This document shows, piece by piece, positions 26,116 through 37,400 of a DNA stretch of 48,785 nt. A model generated the notes under the pieces. It was not told the origin of the DNA. It ran no database searches and was given only the letters and a program-made list of their open reading frames with translations. Origin of the DNA: an uncultured Candidatus Saccharibacteria bacterium. GTDB taxonomy: Bacteria; Patescibacteriota; UBA1384; XYA2-FULL-43-10; 1-14-0-10-43-13. A program made the translations under genes and the position numbers. The stretch covers positions 29,663 to 78,447 of the forward strand of contig CAYOQP010000003.1 of NCBI GenBank assembly GCA_964406145.1. Reading direction: 5' to 3'. The first letter of the stretch is position 1. The number at the start of each line of letters is the position of its first letter.

Positions 26116-28431
26116 TTGGCTCATAAAAAATATTCAATAATTCTTGAAGCAGGAAATCTGGCCAAAGCAGGCCAAAAAGAAGCGGCCGCAAGATTGCTAA
26201 GAGATAATCAGATCAGTTCTCCGGATGCTAATGCCGAGCTTATTCGCAACCAACTTTTTGACGAGGCAATGGCTCTTACGAATGCCGTTGAAGAGGCTAG
26301 CCTTGCCGAAATACACAATGAAACAGTCGGTGGCGATCAAGCTCCCGCAGACACAACTGTCAACAACAATAGCGACACTCCATCAACGGTCTCGGAAGAA
26401 AAAGTAACGAGTGATAGCGGATCAGGGGAAGGAGATGGGGAGATAGATCTCGCTCCAGTGACTACTGATGACATCGAAGAAGCAGAAGCGGGAAAAACAG
26501 ATACGAAAGACAAGCCAGTAATAGAAGAGAATGGAGAAACAATCAACTCTGGTGGATCCGACGCTGATCTAGAACCAGACGACAATAGCGCTGTTAGAGA
26601 GGAGGTAATATCCGAGACTCCAACAGACCCTTCTCAAACGAGACGACCAAATTTTAATGGTTTAGATGGAGTATTCAGACCATACTCTGGACCAAGCCGG
26701 GAAACAGACGAAGCAATCGGGGTCGAGCCCGACCAAGAAGAAAATGAGGACGACGACAAAAATCCCAAAATAAAGGTCTCTGGCCCAACTAGTGTATATC
26801 CTGATCAAAAAGCCTCGTATACAGCCTCTACTTCTCAATTTGAAGAGGAAGAGACTTATTTCTGGGCAATTGAGGGCAGAAGAATTGGTGGAGTTGGCTT
26901 TGAATATTCTGGCAAAGAAAGTGACGGTTCGGCAAAAGGATTAATAATCAAAACTGCCGAAAAATGCGGCGCCGGAACTATCACCGTAATGGCCAAGGGC
27001 GTAAAAAGTGGCGTTATATCGGGATTGAATGTTTTTATTAAAAAAAATAAAAACGACCTAAAGCCAAAAGTTGAAATTGATGGACCAAATTCGGTCAACG
27101 CTGGCTCGAGCATTACTCTAAGCGCTAAAACAACAAATTTTGACGAGGAAGAAACTTATATCTGGAGCCACGAAGGAAGTGTTGCTGGAGTCACACTTAA
27201 TCCATCTGGGGGTAATTATGTAATTACAGCCGCACCAGAATGTGGCAAGGGAGCCATAACTGTTTTAGCCAGAGGAGAAAAAAGCGGCGCCAGCTCCGGT
27301 GGATTCAATGTCATCGTCATCAATAAGAAGAAAGAGGACGAAAAAGAAGAAGAGAGCGAGGAAGAGAAGAAAAAAAGAGAAGACCAGGAGGCCAAGGAGA
27401 AGGCTGAGAAAGAGGCCAAGGAGAAGGCTGAGAAAGAGGCCAAGGAGAAGGCTGAGAAAGAGGCGGCTGAGAAAACTGCTGCAAAAAATGGCGGCAAGGG
27501 AGGCATAGGCAAAGCACTTGCGGCCCTCGCTGAAAATCCTTGGTTTTGGGTTGCAGTGATTGTCATCATCATAGCTTTAGCAATCTTCGCTTGGTTTATT
27601 AGCGTGGCGCAATCAGGCGCAAATGGCAAAACTCCGACTATCCAGGTGAATGCGGCCACAAACAAGGACTCGTTACAAAAATTAAATTTGCTTATGGGCG
27701 ACAAGGACTCACAACAGCAAATTTCACAACAAACTTTTCAAGAAGCTCAAAAAAATTTACTTGCCCTAAAAGAACAGGTAGCCGATCCAGCAATAAAAAC
27801 CAAGATCGATGAAGCTTTGGCCAAAATTGAACTTTATTTAACTAACTTTGATACAGAAACAGGCAAAGCCGCCATTGAACTTATAAGACAAGCTCTAGCC
27901 ATGTTAGACGCCATGGTGCCAGCAATCCAAGGTCGCTACCCGATCAATCCAGGTGATGTCATTGCCTACAATAACGAACTCCATCTTGCGACACCCATGA
28001 GACCAGAACCACTCAGCTACGACAAAGGACACGGAACTTACATATATCCTGGCGAGAACAGGTGCGATGCAGTTGATATATTTACTATTCCGGAAGCCGC
28101 AGTTTACTCTGCCATCACCGGAGACATTGTTGATGTTTCTGATGATGGAACAGGTCATAAAAAGGTGGTTATAAAACAGGGAGACTACGAGCTTCTTTAT
28201 GCTAATTTTGACCCTACTGTTGTAGTCGGAGACAAAATTACGAATTTAGAAACACCTATTGGCAAAACTGTTGATATAAATGGTGCCCACCAATTACATG
28301 TAGAGCTTTCTTACTGTGGAATCTGTCTGGTTACAACGCCACTAGACAGGATAATTAAAGAAGAAAGAAATCAATCTTCTTGGGGAGAATTACTTTGGAC
28401 ACATTATAAGGAGACATTAAGATTGCCGTGA
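26116..28431 (+). CDS. Bitopic protein: acidic disordered N-region, two duplicated Ig-like domains, EAKEKAEK repeat, TM helix, C-terminal degenerate LytM/M23-like domain
   Basis: TTG start after GGAGGGG. The duplicated ~90-aa segments are at nt 26767..27039 and 27064..27321. The TM helix is WFWVAVIVIIIALAIFAWFI (nt ~27538..27603). The M23-like segment is DAVDIFTIPEAAVYSAITGDIVDV..VVVGDKITNLETPIGKT..GAHQLHVEL (nt ~27928..28320). Confidence 0.6.
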   Translation: MAHKKYSIILEAGNLAKAGQKEAAARLLRDNQISSPDANAELIRNQLFDEAMALTNAVEEASLAEIHNETVGGDQAPADTTVNNNSDTPSTVSEEKVTSDSGSGEGDGEIDLAPVTTDDIEEAEAGKTDTKDKPVIEENGETINSGGSDADLEPDDNSAVREEVISETPTDPSQTRRPNFNGLDGVFRPYSGPSRETDEAIGVEPDQEENEDDDKNPKIKVSGPTSVYPDQKASYTASTSQFEEEETYFWAIEGRRIGGVGFEYSGKESDGSAKGLIIKTAEKCGAGTITVMAKGVKSGVISGLNVFIKKNKNDLKPKVEIDGPNSVNAGSSITLSAKTTNFDEEETYIWSHEGSVAGVTLNPSGGNYVITAAPECGKGAITVLARGEKSGASSGGFNVIVINKKKEDEKEEESEEEKKKREDQEAKEKAEKEAKEKAEKEAKEKAEKEAAEKTAAKNGGKGGIGKALAALAENPWFWVAVIVIIIALAIFAWFISVAQSGANGKTPTIQVNAATNKDSLQKLNLLMGDKDSQQQISQQTFQEAQKNLLALKEQVADPAIKTKIDEALAKIELYLTNFDTETGKAAIELIRQALAMLDAMVPAIQGRYPINPGDVIAYNNELHLATPMRPEPLSYDKGHGTYIYPGENRCDAVDIFTIPEAAVYSAITGDIVDVSDDGTGHKKVVIKQGDYELLYANFDPTVVVGDKITNLETPIGKTVDINGAHQLHVELSYCGICLVTTPLDRIIKEERNQSSWGELLWTHYKETLRLP
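27388..27474 (+). repeat. Perfect 24-nt tandem repeat x3 plus a partial fourth copy, in-frame (EAKEKAEK)n
   Basis: GAGGCCAAGGAGAAGGCTGAGAAA occurs at 27388..27411, 27412..27435 and 27436..27459. A diverged partial copy follows. Confidence 0.9.
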
Positions 28432-31400
28432 TACAAATCTGTAAAAATTTCATCATTTATCTAGTGGGGATATCGCTATCTTTGAATCCTCTTGTCGTGC
28501 TCGTTCCAGAAAAAGTCTCTGCGGCTACAACAACGCCGGCAGCAAATGTCGCAACACCGCTAATTGGAATAAGAGACCAGGAAAGCTTCGGCTATGCTCC
28601 CAAAGCCGCTGGGGCGCAATGTGATGCTATCAGAAAGACTCGACCAGAAGCATACAATTCTCTAGTATCAATGCTACAAAATTTTTCTGGTGTCGGTAGC
28701 AGTGCTTTGGCCTTTAATGACATATTGACCGCTCCAGGAGAAGCAAGAATCCTTTTGCCACTTAAGGATCGCAAGGCGGTTAAATCTTTACTTTGTCTAT
28801 CGCAAGTAATACCAAATTATGCCGAAGACACAAAAGCACTATACGACGCCCTCCCGGCATCAGAAAAATCAAATATTGATGGGGCTGTCTCTTTAGAAGC
28901 GAATAATCCATTCCCTATTTACAGGACTCGAGATGAATATTTTCTCTTTTTAAGATATGGCTATGAAGGCCAAGATCCCAATGAAAAGCTAGCCAATTTT
29001 GATTACGTTACTGGTCTTGTAAAAACCGCTGAGAAAAATTTCAGCGAAAAAGAATTAAAACGAATCTGGTCAGAACAAGCTGATCGAATTGCCAAAGGAT
29101 TAGACACCACCATTGAGGCCAACACTTTGTCTTGTGTTACCGGCCTAGACAGAAATGAACTAAGAGCAAGAATTGGAACAACCACAGGCGGCCAATATAT
29201 TGCCGAAAGAATAAACGATGCTGTAAATTCTTTAATTATAGATATTCGTGTCGTAAATACCCTTATTTACTTGGTTACGCCGAAAGATAAAGGTGGAGCT
29301 GGACACTGGCGGGTTTCTGTAGCAAGGATATTACAAGGCAGTGAAAAATCCAGAGAATCAGATGCCGCAATAGAAGAAAATGCTAGGATGGAAACCCCGA
29401 CACTAAGAAGCGCTTCTGAAGGTTCGGCGACTCAGATTGAGTGTGATGAGAATATGACCGCCGCAGAATGCGGAGCACAACAAAATCAAGGACAGGCCGT
29501 TGTTGAAGATAAAGACGGAACTCAATATGAAGCATTTTTTGAGAACATGGATAACGAGCTAGACGATGAAAGAAACGTTTCTGCTCACTTCACCGGCCAA
29601 GCTGTTGATATCAAACAAATTGATGATATTCGCTGTACTCTGGTCAAAAAAAGACGAATTGGCGGAAGCTCTAAGCAAAAACAACCGATTAGACCTATTA
29701 AACTCGTCTGGCAGACTACTGATGGTTGGAGTCAAGCTCGGGGTGAAAATGACTTTGACACCATGAGCATGATGAGAGATCTTGCCAAGCAAAGTATTAT
29801 AGACCTTCTAAGTTCAATGAACGAAGATATTACCGACTATGATGGCGATCTGTCTCGAGCCAGTTTTGATGACCTAATTGGGATACTTGGTCAATCGCTT
29901 CTCGCTCAAATTGTTGATTCCCCGTCTCACAATCTTAAGGGCTACAGCGTCACCAACACAATAGAACAACTTGGAGCAATGTATTTTGCAGACTATCTCG
30001 AGCTTCCACGCGAAATATTTAAAAACGAGGATCTAAAAGATTTAGAAAAAATTAAATACATTATCGGTCGGGCCGCAATAGAAAAACGACTTGGACTTCC
30101 CTTTGGCTCTCTGGATAGTCTTAATTTGATTGAAACAACACGAAACGGACTCGAGAAACCTATCTACAATTTAGAAGGATTGGTTTTGAATATCGGACAA
30201 CGCAAGATCGAATATGAGATGGGCTTTGAAGCTCATGATCTTGATCCATATTTTAAGATTAATACCGTTCAAGGAGAATACTTACTAGATTACAAGTCAA
30301 TCGGGCGTATCGTAATTGAGAATGAATTAAATTTACCCAAAGGCTCCTGGCCCAAAACTGCAATCAGTTTTGCCACACTTAAGGACTATATTTCAGAAGT
30401 TCGAGCAAATGTCCTAAAAGTTGACCCCGGATATATAGACTCTATCCTCCATATCGACCCAGGAACAACGCAATCATTCATCCTTGGGCGGATTACAAGC
30501 GAACAACTTGCCGAAAAAGTTGGAACGGTCCGATACAACAACACAACGGCAGGATTGAAGTATTTTGCTATGAATAATGTTGCCTATCAATTACCAGGCC
30601 CAACAGTAGAAGATCCCGATGTTCCCGACACATGGAAAGAAGCACTGAAAGGCAATCCCGAATATATTAAGGTTATCGGCATTTATACCTTGGCTCGTCT
30701 ACTTGGAGAGAATTCTCTAGATATTGATCTGAGTTACGTTGACGGTGGAACTCTTAAAAAATATGTTCCGGACGATGCTACATTGGGCAAAGTTGTTGTC
30801 TCAACAAAATTCAATGAGGAAAAAGAAATTGTTTATGATAGAAAAGAGTACGGGTTTTTCGTTTTTCGAGAATGGATAAGAAGAAATCTTGATGAAAGAC
30901 TAAAGGCGGCCGATGGTTGTTCCGAGGGAAGAACCACTGGTGGTATAAATGTTTCTGCAACCTATCAAGGCCAGACCGTCTACAATGGACCAGTTGATTT
31001 GAACAATCCAACACGAGAAGACATACAGAATACCATCGATAGTGTGTGCAAATTAAAACAAACAATAATTGTTAATGAAATAAATTATACCGACAAAGAC
31101 GGCAACGATCATCAGATAAAAAACGTTGTGGCTGATGCCTATATATCCGACGCCAAGGCAATCGAGATTGGTCTAGAAAAAATGGATCTTTATTCCATAA
31201 TGGGCTTTCGAGAAGCAGACGCTAGACCTGTTTTCAAAAGAATTGGCGCTAAACTACTCTACTATGGAATCGCCAACAAGGTCCTTAACGAAGAAGAGCG
31301 TTTGAAAATAAATTTAATGGATGTTAATCCAACCATTAATGTTGATGAAAACTCAAATGACGTAACAGCTTTCTATATACCTAGGATTTTAAAAGTTCAA

Positions 31401-34400
31401 GAATTAACAAGAAAACTCAAAACAGATTGGGAAGCAGTCAGAACGAATGATGCCGAAACTCAAGATATAACCGATAGAATCAGCAAGATCTTTGCTCGAC
31501 TTGAATCAATTTATTCTGAAAGCGACGTAAACCTTTTGAAGATACAACGTGTTGCTCAAGCAATTAAAGAAATCATGGTTGACATAAACGCAATCAAAGA
31601 AGAGCTTGAAATCCTTAGAGAGAGATATAACACTAGAACTGGAACAGAGGTCGTCAATAAAATTGCTCAAATTAATGCCTTAATTTATAACACTAACGAA
31701 CTCATTAGGATCGTTGCAGAGATTTTTTCTGGCAAACAAATTAATAGTTCTGATCTTTTGAACATTAAACAAATTAGTCTAGGCGCGGATTCTAGTGGAG
31801 TGAGTGACGCTGATGGCAGAAGGACAAGATCCGGTCTCTCGAGGTGGGAGATGATTATATTGTTGTTTTCTTTCTTAAGTGGAGAAATTAGTGTTCAAGA
31901 ATTCATCATTCGCCTTGGGGCTAATACCGCTGAGGCCAAGCTTGGTCTTCCGGCAAACTCTCTTATATATTTGGTTCAGAATTTTGACAAAATGGGCATT
32001 CACGGTGTTGACGCCTTTTATCAAGCAATCGGCCAGGCCAGAATTGAAGAAGAATTTGCGATGCCAATGTACTATTTTCAAGGCTATGATTACAATAAAA
32101 AATTACCAAAATTTGACAAACTAAATGATAAAGACGAATTTGCCGATCTGATTCAGTGGGCAGTGAACGAAAAGGGAGAAAGCGTAATAAAACCCGAGTA
32201 TGATCTCCACGTAGCGGAGCTTAGAGAGGCATGGATCACAGACGAAGTGACAATGACCAAGTTTATATTTGGCCAAAAATGGGTTAACTGGGAAAAGTTT
32301 GATAGCTGGGTTGAGCTGGCCAAAACACGCTGGCTTGAGAAAAATAAGGTCAAAGCAAGAGACATGGCTGTTTTTGAAAAAACTATCGACGACGTTGTCA
32401 CCAACATAGGTAACAAAGGATACGGTGACGGTTTCCGCTCGCCCGAAGATGATTTATTGTTCAGAATGGGTTTGCCAACGGGTAAATATTCAGCTTTAAA
32501 GGACGCCTCTCCGCTCGCTTGGCAGGTAGCAAACAGTCGAAGCCAGACCATCGATGCCGCCTTTGACGTCCCGGTAAATTCAACGAAAATGTTATTTACA
32601 GGAAGCGAAGAAATAACATCAAAAAGCTTAAGCAACAAAGAAAAAAATCTTCTTGAGGCATCTGACTTAAAAATATCCAAAAACGAAATAGAAAAATATA
32701 TTCAGATGCTAAACGGTGATTTATTACCAGGCGAAAACAATGAATACAATAATGGGCTAGACCCTGATTACGTCAGCAATAATCCCTATGCTGATCCGGC
32801 CATAACTGGACCTATTTGTCCTATTGATTTCACTTCTGAAGACGGTTTCATGGTTAATAATACAACGCTTCCGGCAAATTCATTCTGCTACTACGACAAG
32901 ACAGGCAGACATTGTTTCCAGAGCTGGGAAGAGGCACAACTATACGCCAACGAACATCCAGATGCAAAAATTACCGACATACTTGAAGATTTGGCCGTAA
33001 AAATAACAACCGCCTATAACCAATCGCTGATTGCAGCTGATGGCAGCTCAACTGGCACCAGAATAAGCTATATTGATGTTTTCTCTGGCCTGACAGACTT
33101 TGTTAATGACAAAAAGAAAGTCTCGGCATTTAACGATACTGCGCTAAACACAATAGCCAGAAATGATGGCGGAGAAGTGTCCGGACAAAACAACGCCTCA
33201 AGACTTGAGTTATCCAAGATTGCCTTTGAAAACATCTCCAAAAATAGCACCGTTCCTGTTGACATATTCATGAATATTTTCACAAGAGAGAGCATCGAAG
33301 CTCCTTTGTCGGCCTACAAAACAAAAGTTGGAACAACAGAAGCTCAAAAAATATTAACAACCAAAATATTCGATAGCTTAAACCTAGAGATCGATCCAGA
33401 AATGTTTGACGGCTCTGATCTTTACGATATTTTAACCGGTGATTATAGCTCGCTCTACAGACTTGGAACTTCATACATGGATCGTGCGCTCGACCTCAAA
33501 CAGGGCACGATAAATTTGATTTGGACGGCTAGAACTCCCGAAGCCAGGAAATGCGCCCTTGATAAAGCAGGAGGGGTACTTCTGGGCGAAGTTTTTGGCC
33601 TTGATTATCTTCCCTTGGACAGACTAACCACCGATATGGGCGATTTTATGACATCCTTGGGTCAGGAAAAAATAGAAGAAGCTCTCAGTCTGCCGAGAGG
33701 AACATTTCGAGTCGATGACCAAACAACAAAAAATAACCTAGATAACCTCATAAAAAATGTGGGAATTATCAATTTTGTTTCGGTTTTTAAATTGCCGATA
33801 AACCTTATTGACGAAGGCGACAGAGCAACTTTTGAAGACAGTGTCTATAACATCCTAGGACAGGACGGGTTTAATAGAGTTTCAAATACTTCTCCTCAAT
33901 ATCAGCTTCAGAAGGTTAAAGAGTTTTTAAGTTCGACTCTAGTCTTGACCAATAACGCCAATGTCGGCCGCCGAAGCCTAGAGGCTTTGCTGGCGGAACT
34001 CATGCAAGGACCGGGAGGCATTTTGGCCCTCATCGCTTCAACCGATCCAGCCGCAAGCCTAATTAAAACAAAACCCGAGAATATCAACAGTGAAACTTCT
34101 CTTGCTTATAGTTTATACAATCTTCAGGTTCAAAATTTTTATGCACAACTAAATTATATTGACGGACTTTTGGGTCTTAGCCATTACTCCACTTACTTAA
34201 TGCTTGGAGGGAAAACCGCGCCTGTGGCTTATATAAATAAAGTCGGTGACTCTCTTGGAATTAAAATTGCTGGATTAAAACTCGCCGAAATGCTCGGTCT
34301 CGATGCCATGGAATCAGAAGCGGCCCTAGCAATTGCCACAAATATTAGACAGATTTTCGTCTGCGAGGGCAATGGCAGAAGACTAGTAAACATAAACGGC

Positions 34401-37400
34401 AGACAAGTCTGCTTAACCGGGACTGGCATGAGCCCAGAGTCAGACGGTTGGTATCATAACTGGGGACTTATTTATGACAATCTTGATAAGATCTTTCACT
34501 TTAAGCTTGATGAAAAAGCCGGTCTACCAATAGGAACAATTCAGAAATTAATCGATGATCCAAAAGCTACTTTTCCGGTACTTCTTGAAATTGGAGCCCA
34601 AAAACTTGATGCTAAGATGTTCCCTGACGACCCAGAAAGGTCTAGCAAAACTGCCTCCTTTTCTGGTTTGTATCGAGCACTATTCCCAGAGACACTTGCA
34701 CCAATACAAGCTGAATGTCATGCAGAAGCATTCCCTGGCGGAGTAGATATGGAGCTTGACAATAAGATGGCTCTTGCCAATGAGCAACTCAAAACGATTG
34801 AGCGTGAATATGAAACATTGGGCCTTCCGGCTGGTGACAACAATTCTACTGATTGGCTTAACAGTTTAAGTGCTACCGATCGAGCAAAATACGATGCATG
34901 GAAAGCCAGAAAAGATGCCAAGTTGGCCGAGATAAGAACAATACAAAACGAATATAATACTAGAGCAAAAGCCGAGCAAGATTGTCTACGAACAAGACAG
35001 GAAACGAGTGCGGCTCTAGGCAGTCTTGGCGAAGTACCTAGAGATCAGTGGGATGTCTACGGTGCCAGAGCTTGGGAGTGGGCTCAAGCCGCAATAGCTG
35101 AAATAATTCACGACAAGCTTTTAAATATTTATGTTTCTCTTCCTGGTTGTGATAGCACTGTTCATTCGCCAATGGGCGATTATCAAAATCCTGAAGCATG
35201 TAAGGTCAATGTCGGCATCGATATGCCTACAAGCGATATTCGCAAAATGATGGGCGGCGATCTGCGCTATCTTATGGCGGTCACTCTCGCTATGGGAGCT
35301 AACCTTGCATATATTTTGATCGATAATATTTCATCGACCAATTGCAATCCGGACGAACGAGATTCTGAGGGCTGTAGAGCTCCAGTCCCAGCCGAAATGA
35401 GAATAAGCTACGCCGACATCATGCTGGCCCTCTTTGGCCTACCTCAGAACGAACTTAATGCTTTGGCAGCCTGGAGAGAAGTAACCAATCAATCAGGTAA
35501 TGTCTATGAGGAAGATCCGGATAATCATTCTTGGAACGGAGAAAGCTGTCAGCCAGGGGAAGTTTTTGATGGGATTATGTGTGTTGCCTCTGCTGGCACC
35601 AATACTGACTCGGCTGGTGGAGTTCGCCAAGAAACAGCCAACAATTATGGTTATAGTCCTGAAAATGTTGAAGCAGAAAAAGCCAGAATAGAGGCTTCTA
35701 TCGCTGAAAATCATCAAGCGGCTATCGATGCTTGTAATGAATTAGGCTATGAAGATCCCGAGGCGTATGATAATTGCGTCAATAATATTGATGGTTATTT
35801 GAACGAGAGCAATCTTCAGAACCTTGACATGTTAAATCATCCGGAAAAATATAATTTTGATCCTAATAATAATGCGGCAGCAAAGGAAATCAACGACAGC
35901 GCTAAGGAGATAGCCAGAACAAGACTTCAATACAAGCTTATGGATACTGCTCTTTGGAAATTGGACGAGAATATTTTTCCTGGATTTTCTCGGGCGATAA
36001 TGAAGGGCAATACTGGTGAAAAGTGGGCGGCCTTAGCTCGATATGTTAAGAATGGTCTTATTAATGGACACCTATTTGGTATCAGGTTTGATAGTATAGA
36101 TCCAGAGATTATCGATGCCGGTTTGGCTGTGGCTGCCTATCTGACTGCCCGAACACAGGAACAAAGAGATATAGCTATTGAGAATTTCACCAACCAAAAA
36201 TTCAATACTTTAGTTCAATTTATTTCAAATAATTCAGAGAAATGGCTTGGGATTAGACTTGATCTTGATATTACCGAGGGACTTCTCACAAGTATATTTA
36301 CTGGAAACTGGGGGGCAAATTCATTCTCTTTAGACGGAATAATGGGTGATACTGGCGCCAGAGAAACATTTGCTGGCCAAGAAAGGTGGACACTTGGCGG
36401 CGCAGTCGTAAATTGGGGACTTGGTAGGATCTTTAGCTGGGCAGATAAAGCTCTTGGCTTAGAAGCCGGACAGTCTTTACAAATATTTAATCTTGCTAAA
36501 AATGCTTACAAGGCTTACAAGGCTTATCAAGCAGCAAGCGCAACTTTGGAGGCAGCGAATAAATTAGCGGCAGCCACAAAACAACTAGTAGAACTAACAA
36601 AAGGAACTATTTTTGAAGGAACGGCGATTGCATTAAATGACACCGCCCAAGCCGCCCAAAAGGCAGCCGAAGCACAAAAAGCCGCTAAACTAGCTGGTTA
36701 TGGAGCCGCTGTCGGCGCTGTAATTCAATTCGCTATTGGCTTATTGGTGGACAAATTACTCGGGAAACAGATTGGGCAATGGGAAGAGGCGCTCGGATTG
36801 GTACCCGGTACACTTGCTCCTGTCATATCGGCTGGTATTTATACCCTGGCCCTGCCAGCTATGAATGCAGCTATTTACGCCGCAGCACCTTCGCTTGGGT
36901 CAAGCTTCTTGCCTGCACTCGGACCATGGGGCTGGGCGGCGATTATTGGCATATTTATTATTATGAATTTGTTTGGAGTTTATAGAGTTGAATATTGGTG
37001 TACCGCTGATGGTTATTTCCCCAAACTTGGTCAGCCAAATTATTTAGAAAACGACATTTCTCCTTATGGTGTTTGGGGTGGCAGAGTCAATGGCAGTCTT
37101 AATGACATAATTAAAAACATGTCGATTAAGGTAGCACAATACAAAGCCCAGCGACTAATTGGCGACATGCTAGAGATGCAATATAATTCAGATTTTAACG
37201 ATTATAATGGCATGCCAACCGTACCAACACAAATAATGACCGGCCGAGAAGAGGATGTTGAGTATTGGAAAAATGTCGTTGAGACAAACGTTTGTCAACA
37301 AAGACTAGGAGACAGGGCTCATCTTATATTCGATGGTAAGAACGCTGTCTGCGATGCCGGCATGAGAAGAATGGGACTCTGGTTCAACCCACAAACAACA

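Noticed and set aside
27388-27474. Tandem repeat as a possible CRISPR array
   Set aside because: The units are contiguous with no spacers, in-frame, and inside a coding region. No cas genes are present. No CRISPR array was seen anywhere in the window.
27216-27704. 162-aa antisense ORF plus the 69-aa and 65-aa ORFs over the Lys/Glu repeat
   Set aside because: These are open frames created by the GAG/AAG-rich tandem repeat. The translations are poly-Ser/Phe/Leu or poly-Arg/Lys.
32153-32680. 175-aa minus-strand ORF inside the giant gene
   Set aside because: It is antisense within a continuous 9-kb sense ORF. It has no independent signals, and a long shadow ORF is expected by chance in a 9-kb gene.
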